A stretch of 64,000 bases of DNA from an uncultured bacterium (lineage in GTDB: Bacteria > Desulfobacterota_D > UBA1144 > Nemesobacterales > UBA2774): positions 1,481,410-1,545,409 of the forward strand of contig CAWGRW010000009.1 in assembly GCA_963825135.1 (NCBI GenBank), written 5' to 3'. The translations under genes were made by a program, and so were the position numbers. Below the pieces are notes generated by a model, which saw only the letters and a program-made list of their open reading frames with translations, was not told the DNA's origin and did no database searches. Below are positions 51,634-61,127 of this stretch, piece by piece (the first letter of the stretch is position 1; each line of letters starts with the position of its first letter).

Positions 51634-52821
51634 TCAGTAACTATTGAGGAACTTCCTTATCCCCCTTACGGCCTGCATGATCCTTTTCTCGTTCTCGACG
51701 AGAGCGAACCTCAGGTGTCCTTCACCATAGTTTCCGAAGCCGATGCCGGGAGATACGGCTACCTTTGCCTTTTCTATGAGCAGCTTCGAGAACTCGAGAG
51801 ACCCCATGCTCTTGAATTCGTCGGGTATCTCGGCCCAGACGAACATCGTCCCTTTGGGTTTCGGTATCTCCCATCCCGACTTTGCGAGACCGTCGACGAG
51901 CTTGTCCCTTCTCGATTTGTATAGTTTTCTGATGTCCTCGACGCACTCCTGCGGTCCGCTGAGCGCCGCGATTGCGGCGACCTGAATAGGGGTGAATATG
52001 CCGTAGTCCATGTAACTCTTTATACGCTTGAGCGCGGATACTATCCTAGCGTTCCCCACCATGAAACCCACCCTCCACCCGGGCATGTTGTAGCTTTTGG
52101 ACAGGGAGTAGAATTCGACCCCGATATCCTTTGCGCCCGGGATCTGAAGGAAGCTCGGGGCCTTGTAGCCGTCGAAACAGAGCTCGGCGTATGCGAAATC
52201 GTGCACGACGATTAGTCCCGCTTCCCTCGCGAGCTCGTAGATGTCCCTGAAGAAACCGAGGTCCACCACCGTCGACGTGGGGTTGTTAGGGAACGAGATC
52301 ATGAGCACCTTCGGTTTTGGCCAGGTCTCTTTAACCGCGTTCTCTATCCCCTGGAGAATGTTCGAGTCCCTCGTGAACGGGACGCTGTGGACGTCGCCCC
52401 TCGAAATAATAACGGAGTAGATATGAATCGGATAAGAAGGGTTGGGAACGATAACCGTGTCGCCGGGTGAGAGTATTGACAGCATGAGGTGGCATATCCC
52501 TTCTTTCGAGCCGATCGTGGTAACGACTTCCGTATCGGGGTCGAGCTCGACGTCGTAATTCTTCTTATACCATCCCGCGACCGCCCTTCTCAATTTCGGT
52601 ATGCCGGCAGAAGCGGAGTACCTGTGGGCTCTCGGGTCCTTCGATGCCTCTATTAATTTTTTTACGATATGGTCGGGAGTCGCCTGGTCCGGATTACCCA
52701 TTCCCAGGTCTATGATGTCGTCGCCCCTCGCCCTCGCTTTGGATTTAAGCTCGTTGACGATCGTGAATACATAGGGCGGAAGCCGCCTTATTAATGAGAA
52801 TTCTTCTGGTTTATATTGCAT
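51634..52821 (-). CDS. Class I/II pyridoxal-phosphate aminotransferase (AlaT/AspC-like; possible LL-DAP aminotransferase)
   Basis: …[14 protein letters not shown]…, …[15 protein letters not shown]…, …VPNPSYPIH…, PLP-lysine region …[16 protein letters not shown]…. The DapL role is only suggested by dapF/dapB in the window. Confidence 0.8.
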   Translation of the reverse strand: MQYKPEEFSLIRRLPPYVFTIVNELKSKARARGDDIIDLGMGNPDQATPDHIVKKLIEASKDPRAHRYSASAGIPKLRRAVAGWYKKNYDVELDPDTEVVTTIGSKEGICHLMLSILSPGDTVIVPNPSYPIHIYSVIISRGDVHSVPFTRDSNILQGIENAVKETWPKPKVLMISFPNNPTSTVVDLGFFRDIYELAREAGLIVVHDFAYAELCFDGYKAPSFLQIPGAKDIGVEFYSLSKSYNMPGWRVGFMVGNARIVSALKRIKSYMDYGIFTPIQVAAIAALSGPQECVEDIRKLYKSRRDKLVDGLAKSGWEIPKPKGTMFVWAEIPDEFKSMGSLEFSKLLIEKAKVAVSPGIGFGNYGEGHLRFALVENEKRIMQAVRGIRKFLNSY

Positions 52822-52915
52822 TTATTGTCCTTTTGCATTTTCAGTTATTTTATTCGAATCCTTGACAATCTCAAGAAAATTAAGCGAAAATAGTAAAATA
52901 CTGAAATAAAGGGTC

Positions 52916-53314
52916 ATGAATAAAAATGTAGGCTTATTCTCAATATTGCTGCTTATCGTATTCGCTGTGCCTTTGGTTTGCGCTCAGGAGGTTCGTCAGT
53001 ACGGCAACGCCTCCTGGTATGCGAGCTCTCTGCACGGCAGGAAAACCGCGAGCGGCGAATGTTATGACAAGGACGAATACACAGGAGCCCACAGGGAGCT
53101 TCCGTTCGGGACGTTGATAAGGGTCAAGAACCTGGGCAACGGTAAAGAGGTAATAGTCAGGGTGAACGACAGAGGGCCGTTTGTTAAGAGTCGTATAATC
53201 GACCTCTCGCGGGCGGCGGCTGTTACGCTTGGGATTCTGAACATGGGCACGGCGAGGGTCAGCATAGAAGTAATATCGCTGCCGGAGAGCGCCGATCCGG
53301 GATCCTCTTCATAG
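52916..53314 (+). CDS. RlpA-like double-psi beta-barrel (DPBB) protein, no SPOR domain
   Basis: Signal peptide; …GNASWYASSLHGRKTASGECYDKDEYTGAHRELPFGTLIRVKNLGNGKEVIVRVNDRGPF… matches the RlpA DPBB core. Confidence 0.75.
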   Translation: MNKNVGLFSILLLIVFAVPLVCAQEVRQYGNASWYASSLHGRKTASGECYDKDEYTGAHRELPFGTLIRVKNLGNGKEVIVRVNDRGPFVKSRIIDLSRAAAVTLGILNMGTARVSIEVISLPESADPGSSS

Positions 53315-53361
53315 TTAGGGTTCCTCTTATAGCCCGTCCTCTGTCATCAATTTTCGAGAGC

Positions 53362-54036
53362 ATGAATAATAGATTACTTCTATTATTGTTGATTCTCCCA
53401 GTTGTATTCTCATGCGCAAAAAAAAGTGTCGAATCGACCCCCATACCGCGGGAGGAAGCCCCTTCGGGCGGTTATACCGAGCGGGGCTCTACCCAGGTCG
53501 GGACGGCTTCCTGGTACGGGATAGAGGAGCACAACAATAACGCGGCCAACGGTGAGCGATTCAGCAAGTACGCCTATACGGCGGCTCACAAGAGCCTCCC
53601 GATGGGCACGGTAGTAAGGGTAACGAATTTGGAGAACGGCAGGGACGTAATTGTGGAGATAAACGACAGGGGGCCGTTTGTGAGAGGCCGTATCATCGAT
53701 CTCTCGTATGCAGCGGCGCAGTCGATCGGAATGGTCGCGAAAGGCACGGTCGAGGTCAAGGTCGAGGTCATCTCGACGCCTTCCACCAGAGGGGGCAGCT
53801 ACTTTCAGCCGCTCTACACCGTGCAGGTCGCGTCGTTCTCGGAGGAGGGCAAGGCGCTGACGCTAAAGCGGGAGCTCGACGGCGAGTACGATGACGTCAG
53901 GGTGGAGTCGATAGAGGTGAGCGGTGATAACTACTGGAGGGTCAGGGTCGGGCGTTACGATGATAAGCAGGACGCCGAGGAAACCGCTTCGAAGCTCAGA
54001 ACGGACGGGCTTTACGGAAGGGTAATAATGGAGTAG
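53362..54036 (+). CDS. rlpA: Septal ring lytic transglycosylase RlpA-like lipoprotein (DPBB + C-terminal SPOR domain)
   Basis: Lipobox VVFS|C; DPBB core (…GTASWYGIEEHNNNAANGERFSKYAYTAAHKSLPMGTVVRVTNLENGRDVIVEINDRGPF…) and SPOR-like C-terminus (…YTVQVASFSEEGKALTLKRELDGEYDDVRVESIEVSGDNYWRVRVGRYDD…). Confidence 0.8.
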   Translation: MNNRLLLLLLILPVVFSCAKKSVESTPIPREEAPSGGYTERGSTQVGTASWYGIEEHNNNAANGERFSKYAYTAAHKSLPMGTVVRVTNLENGRDVIVEINDRGPFVRGRIIDLSYAAAQSIGMVAKGTVEVKVEVISTPSTRGGSYFQPLYTVQVASFSEEGKALTLKRELDGEYDDVRVESIEVSGDNYWRVRVGRYDDKQDAEETASKLRTDGLYGRVIME

Positions 54037-54149
54037 GTCTAATCCTGTTCCCGGAACATGCGCTGTCGCGGGTGGGCGCCTGACAATAAATCTGAACGCG
54101 TAGTATGAATAGATATGTTCTCTTATCGAGATTGTCGAGGTCATGATAT

Positions 54150-55019
54150 ATGAACGAATTCGTAAAATCACACGGGCTCGGGAATGATTATTTCGTGCTC
54201 GACGGCTCCCGGATTTCTTTCGAGCTCACGCCCGCCGCTATAAGACTCCTTTGCGACAGGAACTACGGTATCGGCTCGGACGGTATCCTGCTCCTCGGGC
54301 CTTCGGCCAGGGCCGCCTTCGGCTTGAGGATACTCAACCCGGACGGGAGCGAAGCCGAGAAGAGCGGGAACGGGCTCAGGATATTCGCCAAGTATCTCTA
54401 CGAGCACGGTCACACGGATAAGAAGGAATTTACAATCGATACGCCCGGAGGCGTAGTCACGGCCGAGCTCGAGGTAAGAGACGGCAGGGTCCCGTTCGTT
54501 ACCGTGGAGATGGGGACCGCGACTTTCGATAGCCGGCTGATACCGGTGCGGGGGGAAGAGAGGGAGGTAGTGAACGAGGAGATGAGGATCGAGGGCGAGG
54601 TGCTCAGGTTCACGGCCGTTTCCGTCGGCAACCCGCACTGCGTCGTGTTCTCGGAGACGCTCGACGAAGGGTACACGAGGCTCCTCGGGCCCTTGATCGA
54701 GACAGCCGAGCTCTTCCCCAACCGTACGAACGTCCAGTTCGCTCACGTCCTGTCAGGCGACAGGGTCGAGATAATGATTTGGGAGCGCGGGGCCGGCTAC
54801 ACGCTCGCCTCGGGGAGCAGCTCCTGCGCGGTCGCCGCGGCATGCGTGAGGAACGGCCTTACCGACAGCAAGGTGACCGTATCCATGCCGGGCGGCGAGC
54901 TCGATATTGAAATAAGGCCGGATTGGTCGATTAGAATGAGGGGGGCGGTGGAAGAGGTCGCTTACGGCACTCTGAGCGACGATTTGATAGGAAGGATAAG
55001 CTCGCTCCCGGCGGAATGA
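54150..55019 (+). CDS. dapF: Diaminopimelate epimerase
   Basis: …HGLGNDYFVLD…, …NPDGSEAEKSGNGLR…, …VGNPHCVVF…, second catalytic Cys region …ERGAGYTLASGSSSCA…. Confidence 0.9.
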   Translation: MNEFVKSHGLGNDYFVLDGSRISFELTPAAIRLLCDRNYGIGSDGILLLGPSARAAFGLRILNPDGSEAEKSGNGLRIFAKYLYEHGHTDKKEFTIDTPGGVVTAELEVRDGRVPFVTVEMGTATFDSRLIPVRGEEREVVNEEMRIEGEVLRFTAVSVGNPHCVVFSETLDEGYTRLLGPLIETAELFPNRTNVQFAHVLSGDRVEIMIWERGAGYTLASGSSSCAVAAACVRNGLTDSKVTVSMPGGELDIEIRPDWSIRMRGAVEEVAYGTLSDDLIGRISSLPAE

Positions 55020-55088
55020 TAGATTCATTCTCCGTGATGAGATATTTCGCTCGCCACCATACCTGATACGGGGACATTCGGTCTTATT

Positions 55089-56339
55089 ATGGAAAAGCTG
55101 ATACTGACTGCCGAAACGGTTCTGCCTGTTTCCTCCAAACCCTTGAAAAACGCATCCGTACTGATCTCAGGCGGAAAGATCAGGGAGATCGGAAAATCCG
55201 CGGCCCTCAGGAAACGCTATAAAGGTATTAACGAAATGGACCTCGGAAAGGGGATACTCCTGCCCGGCTTCGTCAATGCCCATACCCATCTTGAGCTAGG
55301 GTGGATGCACGGGAGGCTCCGCGGCTTCAGGGGCTTCACAGGCTGGCTCGGGCAGATAATAAAGGAAAAAAGGGCGGGCGTTACAATCGGAGAGATAATA
55401 ACATCGGTAGCGGACGGAATCGAAGCTAACATCCGTTCGGGGGTTACGACCGTAGGGGAAATATCCTCATACGGCGGCCTGGACAAACCGCTCCTTAAAT
55501 CCTCGGGGTTAAGGGCGGTGCTCTTCAAAGAAATACTCGACAGCAATGAACGGCGGACGGATTTCTCGTCTCTCGAAAAGGGCGCGCTCTTCGAGGAAAG
55601 GCTCTTCCCGCATTCACCATATTCGTGCAGTCCAGGGGTGCTGAAAAAAACGCTCAGGTCTCACAGGCGGAACGGCGTCCCCCTCGGCATCCACCTTGCC
55701 GAGAGCCCGGACGAGGTAAAGTTCGTGAGGGGTGAGGAAAACAGCATCGAAAACAAGATATTCCCGCTTATAGATAAAACACCCTTCAGAAGGCCCCCGT
55801 CGGACTCGCCTGTCTCGTATCTCGGGAAACTGGGCCTGCTCGACGGCACGAGAATCACTCTCGTTCACATGGTGCAGGTGAGCGTGAAAGAGGCGCGGGA
55901 GCTGCGCGAGCACGACGCGGCCCTGGTTCTTTGTCCGAGGAGCAATTTTTTTCTTCAGGTCGGGGCCCCTCCCGTAAAGGAATACGCGAAGTTCGAAAGG
56001 ATAGGAATGGGGACAGACGGTTTGTCGAGCAACTATAATCTCGACTTTTTCGAGGAGATGAGGTTCCTGCATCTCCTCATGTCGGAGTCCCAGGGGCAGA
56101 GGGCCGCGTATGTTGCCGTCTATGCGGCGACGCTCGGGGGGGCAGGGGCCCTCTATCTCGAGCGTAAGACCGGCAGCATCGAGCCCGGAAAAGAGGCCGA
56201 CCTGATATTCCTCGATAACGGCGCCGGATCGGGCGACCCGTATCTCTCCGTGATTTCATCGACCGCGCGGAATGTCGGAATGGTCATGGTCCGCGGCGAA
56301 ATTATCCACTCCGGAAAAGCTGCGCGTCCGAACAGGTAG
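55089..56339 (+). CDS. Amidohydrolase-superfamily protein (MTA/SAH- or aminofutalosine-deaminase-like, or chlorohydrolase-like)
   Basis: Metal-binding LLPGFVNAHTHLELG, later …HLAES…, …GMGTDG… motifs of the amidohydrolase_1 family. 416 aa. Subfamily not resolved. Confidence 0.7.
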   Translation: MEKLILTAETVLPVSSKPLKNASVLISGGKIREIGKSAALRKRYKGINEMDLGKGILLPGFVNAHTHLELGWMHGRLRGFRGFTGWLGQIIKEKRAGVTIGEIITSVADGIEANIRSGVTTVGEISSYGGLDKPLLKSSGLRAVLFKEILDSNERRTDFSSLEKGALFEERLFPHSPYSCSPGVLKKTLRSHRRNGVPLGIHLAESPDEVKFVRGEENSIENKIFPLIDKTPFRRPPSDSPVSYLGKLGLLDGTRITLVHMVQVSVKEARELREHDAALVLCPRSNFFLQVGAPPVKEYAKFERIGMGTDGLSSNYNLDFFEEMRFLHLLMSESQGQRAAYVAVYAATLGGAGALYLERKTGSIEPGKEADLIFLDNGAGSGDPYLSVISSTARNVGMVMVRGEIIHSGKAARPNR

Positions 56340-56341
56340 AG

Positions 56342-57388
56342 ATGTCGGGTCTAATCGATAAAATCTTCGTTTACGGCACGCTCCAGCGCGGGGAAGAGAG
56401 GAGCTGCTACATGCGGGACTGCAGGCTCTCGGGGATACTCGAGGTCCCCGGGCGACTATACGATACGGGGCGGGGGTACCCGGCCGCAGTATTCGACGGC
56501 GAATCGGACTCTACGGTGTCGGGCGAGCTCTACATCATGGAGAGCCCGACTTTGAGGATCGAGGAGCTCGACAGGGTGGAGGGGGTCAGCTCGGGCCTCT
56601 TCAGAAGGTCGAGGATCAAAAACCCCGTCGCGGAATTTTTCTGCTACGAGCCCGGGCCTCTGTTAAAGGACGTCGTCTCCGGCGGGAACAGGATTCAGGA
56701 CGGGATATGGAGGACTCACTCGTCACTCGCTTTCACCGACCCCGTCGATTTCGCGCTCAGGTTCGAGTCGCATATAAAAAATAGTTACAAAGTGCATGCG
56801 GAGGAAGGCACGGACGGGATACATCATATAAAAGGACGCGTCCCTGTCATCGTCACGGCCCCTCACGCGACCGCGCACGTGCGCATGGGCAGTTTGAAGA
56901 GGCAGGAGTTCTACACGGGGGCGCTCGCCGTCATGCTTCATTCCCTGACGGGGTGTCATGCGCTCTATACGGACAGGCTGTCTCCGATAGACCCCAATTA
57001 CTCGGACGAATCCCCGTTTAAGGCGAGACTCTCCGAAATAGCGGGGAGATACGGGATAGTATTTTTACTCGACCTGCACGGCACAGGCACTGAAAGTCCG
57101 GGCGACGTCTTCCCCGGAGCGGGAAGCGGCAGGGAGTTCCTAAACGGCGGTCACCGAATATTTGACGAGCTGAATAATGCTGCCGCATCAAACGGCATAT
57201 CGCTCGGCTCTGAGGACGTATTCCCGGCTCAGAGGCAGATGACCGTTACAAGGTTCTCGGCGGCAAGATTGGGCATACCCTCGATGCAGCTCGAAATAGG
57301 CGGGGGTCTCAGGCAGCCGGGGAGTGCGCCCGGGGATTTCACGAGGCTCGTGAATTTTCTGAGGGAATTTATCGGGCGTGTTTGTTGA
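56342..57388 (+). CDS. Two-domain protein: N-terminal gamma-glutamylcyclotransferase-like (AIG2/GGACT) plus C-terminal N-formylglutamate-amidohydrolase/gamma-PGA-hydrolase-like domain (tentative)
   Basis: N-terminus IFVYGTLQRGEERSCYM…GELY…RIEELDRVEG matches the GGCT-like fold (YGTL…E). C-terminal half has …PVIVTAPHATAHV…, …LLDLHGTG…, …MQLEIG… resembling FGase-family zinc amidases. Only a 2-nt gap to the upstream amidohydrolase. Confidence 0.5.
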   Translation: MSGLIDKIFVYGTLQRGEERSCYMRDCRLSGILEVPGRLYDTGRGYPAAVFDGESDSTVSGELYIMESPTLRIEELDRVEGVSSGLFRRSRIKNPVAEFFCYEPGPLLKDVVSGGNRIQDGIWRTHSSLAFTDPVDFALRFESHIKNSYKVHAEEGTDGIHHIKGRVPVIVTAPHATAHVRMGSLKRQEFYTGALAVMLHSLTGCHALYTDRLSPIDPNYSDESPFKARLSEIAGRYGIVFLLDLHGTGTESPGDVFPGAGSGREFLNGGHRIFDELNNAAASNGISLGSEDVFPAQRQMTVTRFSAARLGIPSMQLEIGGGLRQPGSAPGDFTRLVNFLREFIGRVC

Positions 57389-60290
57389 TCCTGCCCGCAA
57401 GCACCTCTGCTATGTGCTTCACCTTCCTGCCCGTGAAGTGCTCTATCTGATGCCTGCAGGATACGCCCGAGACCGCTATGACGGTTTCGGGTGAGGCGGT
57501 TCTCACGGCGGGGAATAAACGGTCTTCACCGATTGTTCTCGAAACCTCGTAGTGCTCGCTCTCATACCCGAAGGCCCCGGCCATGCCGCAGCACCCGGCC
57601 CCGCTCTCCCTCGCTCGTATGCCCGCGAGGCCGAGCATGCCGAGGGGCGCCTCGACTCCGGTGAGAGACCTCTCGTGACAGTGCCCGTGGTATAAGACCT
57701 CCTGAGCGTCTCCGCTCCATTCAATTCCGGGCCCTCGTCCCCCCTGCGCGCGGTATAAAAACTCCTCGAGCAGAAACGAGTTCCCGGCGAGCGATTTGGC
57801 GTCTCCGTCCCCCGGCAGGAGATCGGGGTATTCGTCCCTGAACGTGAGTATGCAGCTCGGCTCAGTACCTACGACGGGGATGCCTTCGGCCGCATATTTT
57901 GCGAGGAGCGAGACGTTTTTTCGCGCCATCTCCCTGGCCTGCTCGATTCTCCCTTTGCTGAGCATGGGCCTCCCGCAGCAGGCCCTCCGCCGCTCGAGCA
58001 ACACCTCGTATCCGGCGGCCTCGAGCAGCTCGACCGCCGATTTCCCAACCTCCGGATGGTAGTACGTCACCCACGTGTCATGAAAAAAGAGTACCTTCCT
58101 GCCTGATGTTTTCGGACGCGCTTTCCTCGCGTCGAACCATGCCGTGAAGCTCTCCCCGGCCACCTTCGGCAGAGACCGCTCCCTGTGAATCCCGATACCC
58201 GATAAAATCAGTCTCGTGACCGGGTTCCCGATAAGGATGTTCGATAACCCGGGGGCGAGCGAAGCGATACGGCTCGCTTCGTGGACGTCCGAGAGAACGC
58301 GGTCCCTCATACTCATACCGTGCGCTGCGTTGTAGTTGGAAAGGAACTCGGTCTTCATCTTGGCCGCGTCCACCCTCGACGGGCACTCCGTCTTGCAGGC
58401 CTTGCACGATATGCACAGATCAAAGACGCCGTGCATCTCCTTGCCTATGAGCGCCTCTTTCCCGAGCTCCCCGGAGAGCACGGCCCTGAGCGCGTTGGCG
58501 CGCGCCCTGGTCGAGTCCCTCTCGTCGCGTGTGGCCATAAAAGAAGGACACATTACCCCCTCGCCCAGCTTCCTGCACACGCCCTGACCGTTACACATCC
58601 CCACCGCCTGCGGAAATCCGTTGTCGGACGACCAGTCGAGGCCGGTCCTGATTTCGATCGAGCCTGATCTGTTTTTGTATCTGAGGTTCTCGTCGGGCCT
58701 GGCATGGTCAACGACTTTTCCGGGATTGAATATGCCCTCGGGGTCAAACGCCTCTTTAAGCCCCTTCATCGCCCTGTAGAGCTCGGCCCCGAACAGCTTC
58801 TCGTTGAGGTAGCTTCTTTGACAGCCGTCCCCGTGCTCTCCGCTCATCACGCCCCCGTACCTGAGCGCGAGCTTGAAGGCTTCGTCCATGAGCTCTTTCA
58901 TCATCAGGACGCCTCCTCCGGTTTTCAGGTTCACAAGCGGCCTTATGTGGAGACAGCCCGCGCTCGCGTGCCCGTAGAATCCGGCCGTTGTCCCGAGCCG
59001 TTTGATAAGCTCCGACACGTCGCGCACATATTCAGGCAGTCTGTCGACCGGGACGGAGACGTCTTCTATGCACGGAATGGGTTTATGGTCGTCCCTTCTG
59101 CTCATCATTATCCCGAGTCCAGCCCGCCTCACTCCCCATATGTTCGCCTGCTCCTCCGGGCTGAAGGCGTAATTGATTTTGCGTACGCCCGTTCTTTCCT
59201 TTAACGAAGCAGCGAGACCCCCGGTCTTTTTTCTTACCTCGGCTTCGCTCGCTCCGTAGAATTCCACAACGAGAAGGGCCTCGGGCTCACCATCGACGAA
59301 CGAGAGCATGGCGCTGAAGCCCGCGTGAGACCTCGCCAGGTTTATGAGCATGGAGTCTATGAGCTCGATCGCGGAAGGGCTATGCCCGAGAATTTCGGGC
59401 ACGGCCTCCATAGCGGAAATGATGCTCCCGAACTGGAGTATGGCGAGCCCGGTAAATTCGGACCTCGGCACGAGCTTGAGAGTGAATTCGGTCGCGACGC
59501 CGAGAGTGCCTTCCGCGCCCGCGAGCAGCCTGGCCGGATTAAACGGGGATTCGAGAAAATAGTTCAGGCTGTAGCCCGACGCCCTCCGCCAGTGCTTCGG
59601 GAAGTCGCGCTTTATCGCCTCCGAATATTTTTCACGCAGCGCGGCCAGGCTCTTAAACAGAAGCCCCGCGCTCCCCCCCTCCTTCGCCCGCGCGAGGAGC
59701 CCGTCTTCGCCGAGGGCTCTGAGCTCGATTGGATTTCCGCCCTGCAGGATCCTTGCGGCCTCGACGTTGTCCCCCGCCATTCCATAGAGTATGGAATGGG
59801 CCCCCGTGGCGTTATTCCCGACGACGCCTCCCGCGGTCGCTATCCTGACCGTGGACGGGTCGGGGCCGAACATGAGTCCGTACCGCCCGAGCTGCCGGTT
59901 CATCTGCTCAATGTATACGCCCGGCTGGACGCGCGCGGTTTTTGCCTCGGGGTTTATTTCGATGACGCTGTTCAGGTACTTCGAAAAATCGATGACGAGC
60001 GCCTCTCCCACGGCCTGCCCGGCAAGGCTCGTCCCCCCTCCCCTGGGCAGTATCGCGAAGCCGAGCTTCCGTGCGGTATCGACTGCGGCCGCCGCGTCCT
60101 CCTCCGTCCTCGGTATGACGACGCCGACAGGCTCTATTTCGTAATTGCTCGCGTCCGTGCTGTAGAGGGTTCTGCTGAGGGTATCGAAACACACTTCGCC
60201 GGTTATGGCTTTCCTGAGCTCTGATTCGAGCTCTGCTCTCGAGCGGTCCGCGTCTGTATTCGACATAGGCGGGATTAGTATAACTTGCAT
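57369..60290 (-). CDS. Large FAD-linked oxidase fused to an Fe-S (CCG-domain, GlcF/GlpC-like) module; YdiJ-like 2-hydroxyacid dehydrogenase
   Basis: 973 aa; N-terminal FAD-binding PCMH domain (…RGGGTSLAGQAVG…), central FAD-oxidase C-terminal domain, then 4Fe-4S (CISCKACKTECP) and CCG-type Cys clusters (…CCGMAGAFGYE…). Confidence 0.8.
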   Translation of the reverse strand: MQVILIPPMSNTDADRSRAELESELRKAITGEVCFDTLSRTLYSTDASNYEIEPVGVVIPRTEEDAAAAVDTARKLGFAILPRGGGTSLAGQAVGEALVIDFSKYLNSVIEINPEAKTARVQPGVYIEQMNRQLGRYGLMFGPDPSTVRIATAGGVVGNNATGAHSILYGMAGDNVEAARILQGGNPIELRALGEDGLLARAKEGGSAGLLFKSLAALREKYSEAIKRDFPKHWRRASGYSLNYFLESPFNPARLLAGAEGTLGVATEFTLKLVPRSEFTGLAILQFGSIISAMEAVPEILGHSPSAIELIDSMLINLARSHAGFSAMLSFVDGEPEALLVVEFYGASEAEVRKKTGGLAASLKERTGVRKINYAFSPEEQANIWGVRRAGLGIMMSRRDDHKPIPCIEDVSVPVDRLPEYVRDVSELIKRLGTTAGFYGHASAGCLHIRPLVNLKTGGGVLMMKELMDEAFKLALRYGGVMSGEHGDGCQRSYLNEKLFGAELYRAMKGLKEAFDPEGIFNPGKVVDHARPDENLRYKNRSGSIEIRTGLDWSSDNGFPQAVGMCNGQGVCRKLGEGVMCPSFMATRDERDSTRARANALRAVLSGELGKEALIGKEMHGVFDLCISCKACKTECPSRVDAAKMKTEFLSNYNAAHGMSMRDRVLSDVHEASRIASLAPGLSNILIGNPVTRLILSGIGIHRERSLPKVAGESFTAWFDARKARPKTSGRKVLFFHDTWVTYYHPEVGKSAVELLEAAGYEVLLERRRACCGRPMLSKGRIEQAREMARKNVSLLAKYAAEGIPVVGTEPSCILTFRDEYPDLLPGDGDAKSLAGNSFLLEEFLYRAQGGRGPGIEWSGDAQEVLYHGHCHERSLTGVEAPLGMLGLAGIRARESGAGCCGMAGAFGYESEHYEVSRTIGEDRLFPAVRTASPETVIAVSGVSCRHQIEHFTGRKVKHIAEVLAGRINKHAR

Positions 60291-60448
60291 GCCGCCATAA
60301 TATCCAATTCAGGAGCGGGCCCGTCTCTGCCTCTGATCCCGATTTCGAATATTACTGACTTTGAGAAAATACTGGTATCATTAACTGGTCTCAAAATGCG
60401 CCCTTATCGCGGGCGCGCCGTCTATGTCCGAGCACGAAAAGACCTCAT

Positions 60449-61102
60449 ATGAAATTCGCGATCGTTCCCGTAAAAGACCTCTCTAAAGCAAAAGAAAGAC
60501 TGTCCTCGATACTGCCGCAGGACGTGAGGACCGAGCTTGCCTACGCGATGCTCGAGGACGTACTCACGGCGCTCAGGGGATCAAAGCTCCTGGACCGTGT
60601 ATTCGTCGTGACGATGGACAGGGCCGCGGTGAAGATAGCCGGGCGAATGGGGGTCGAAGTCATCGAAGAGACCGAGCAGAACGGGGAGAGCGATTCTGTC
60701 GACCGGGCGTCCCGGATATGCGGGGATATGGGAGCCGGATCGGTGCTCGTTATTCCGGGCGATGCCCCCCTGATAAGAACGGAGGACATCGACTTTATCG
60801 TCGCGAGGCAATCGGTATCCCCCTCGGTCATACTCGTCCCCGCGAGGGACAAGCTGGGTACGAACGCCATATTGAGAACCCCTCCCGACGCTATCCCGTC
60901 CCGGTTCGGCCACGACAGCTTCAGGAAGCACATCGAGGAGGCGGACGGGAAGGGCATCCGGGTTGAATATTACGAGAACGAAAGGGTAGGGCTCGACATC
61001 GACCACCCGGACGATTTGAGAATATTCGCCTCTGAAAAGAGCGGCACCAAAACGTATGAATTACTTTTGAGTAAGAATATCCTGGGCAAGATCAGCGAAT
61101 AA
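60449..61102 (+). CDS. CofC-like (2-phospho-L-lactate / PEP guanylyltransferase family) MobA-like nucleotidyltransferase
   Basis: N-terminus MKFAIVPVKDLSKAKERLSSILPQDVRTELAYAMLEDVLTAL matches the CofC consensus (AVIPVK.L..AK.RL…R..L..AML.DVL). 217 aa. No other F420 genes in the window. Confidence 0.5.
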   Translation: MKFAIVPVKDLSKAKERLSSILPQDVRTELAYAMLEDVLTALRGSKLLDRVFVVTMDRAAVKIAGRMGVEVIEETEQNGESDSVDRASRICGDMGAGSVLVIPGDAPLIRTEDIDFIVARQSVSPSVILVPARDKLGTNAILRTPPDAIPSRFGHDSFRKHIEEADGKGIRVEYYENERVGLDIDHPDDLRIFASEKSGTKTYELLLSKNILGKISE

Positions 61103-61127
61103 TGCGAGAGGGTCCCGCGCTACCCGC

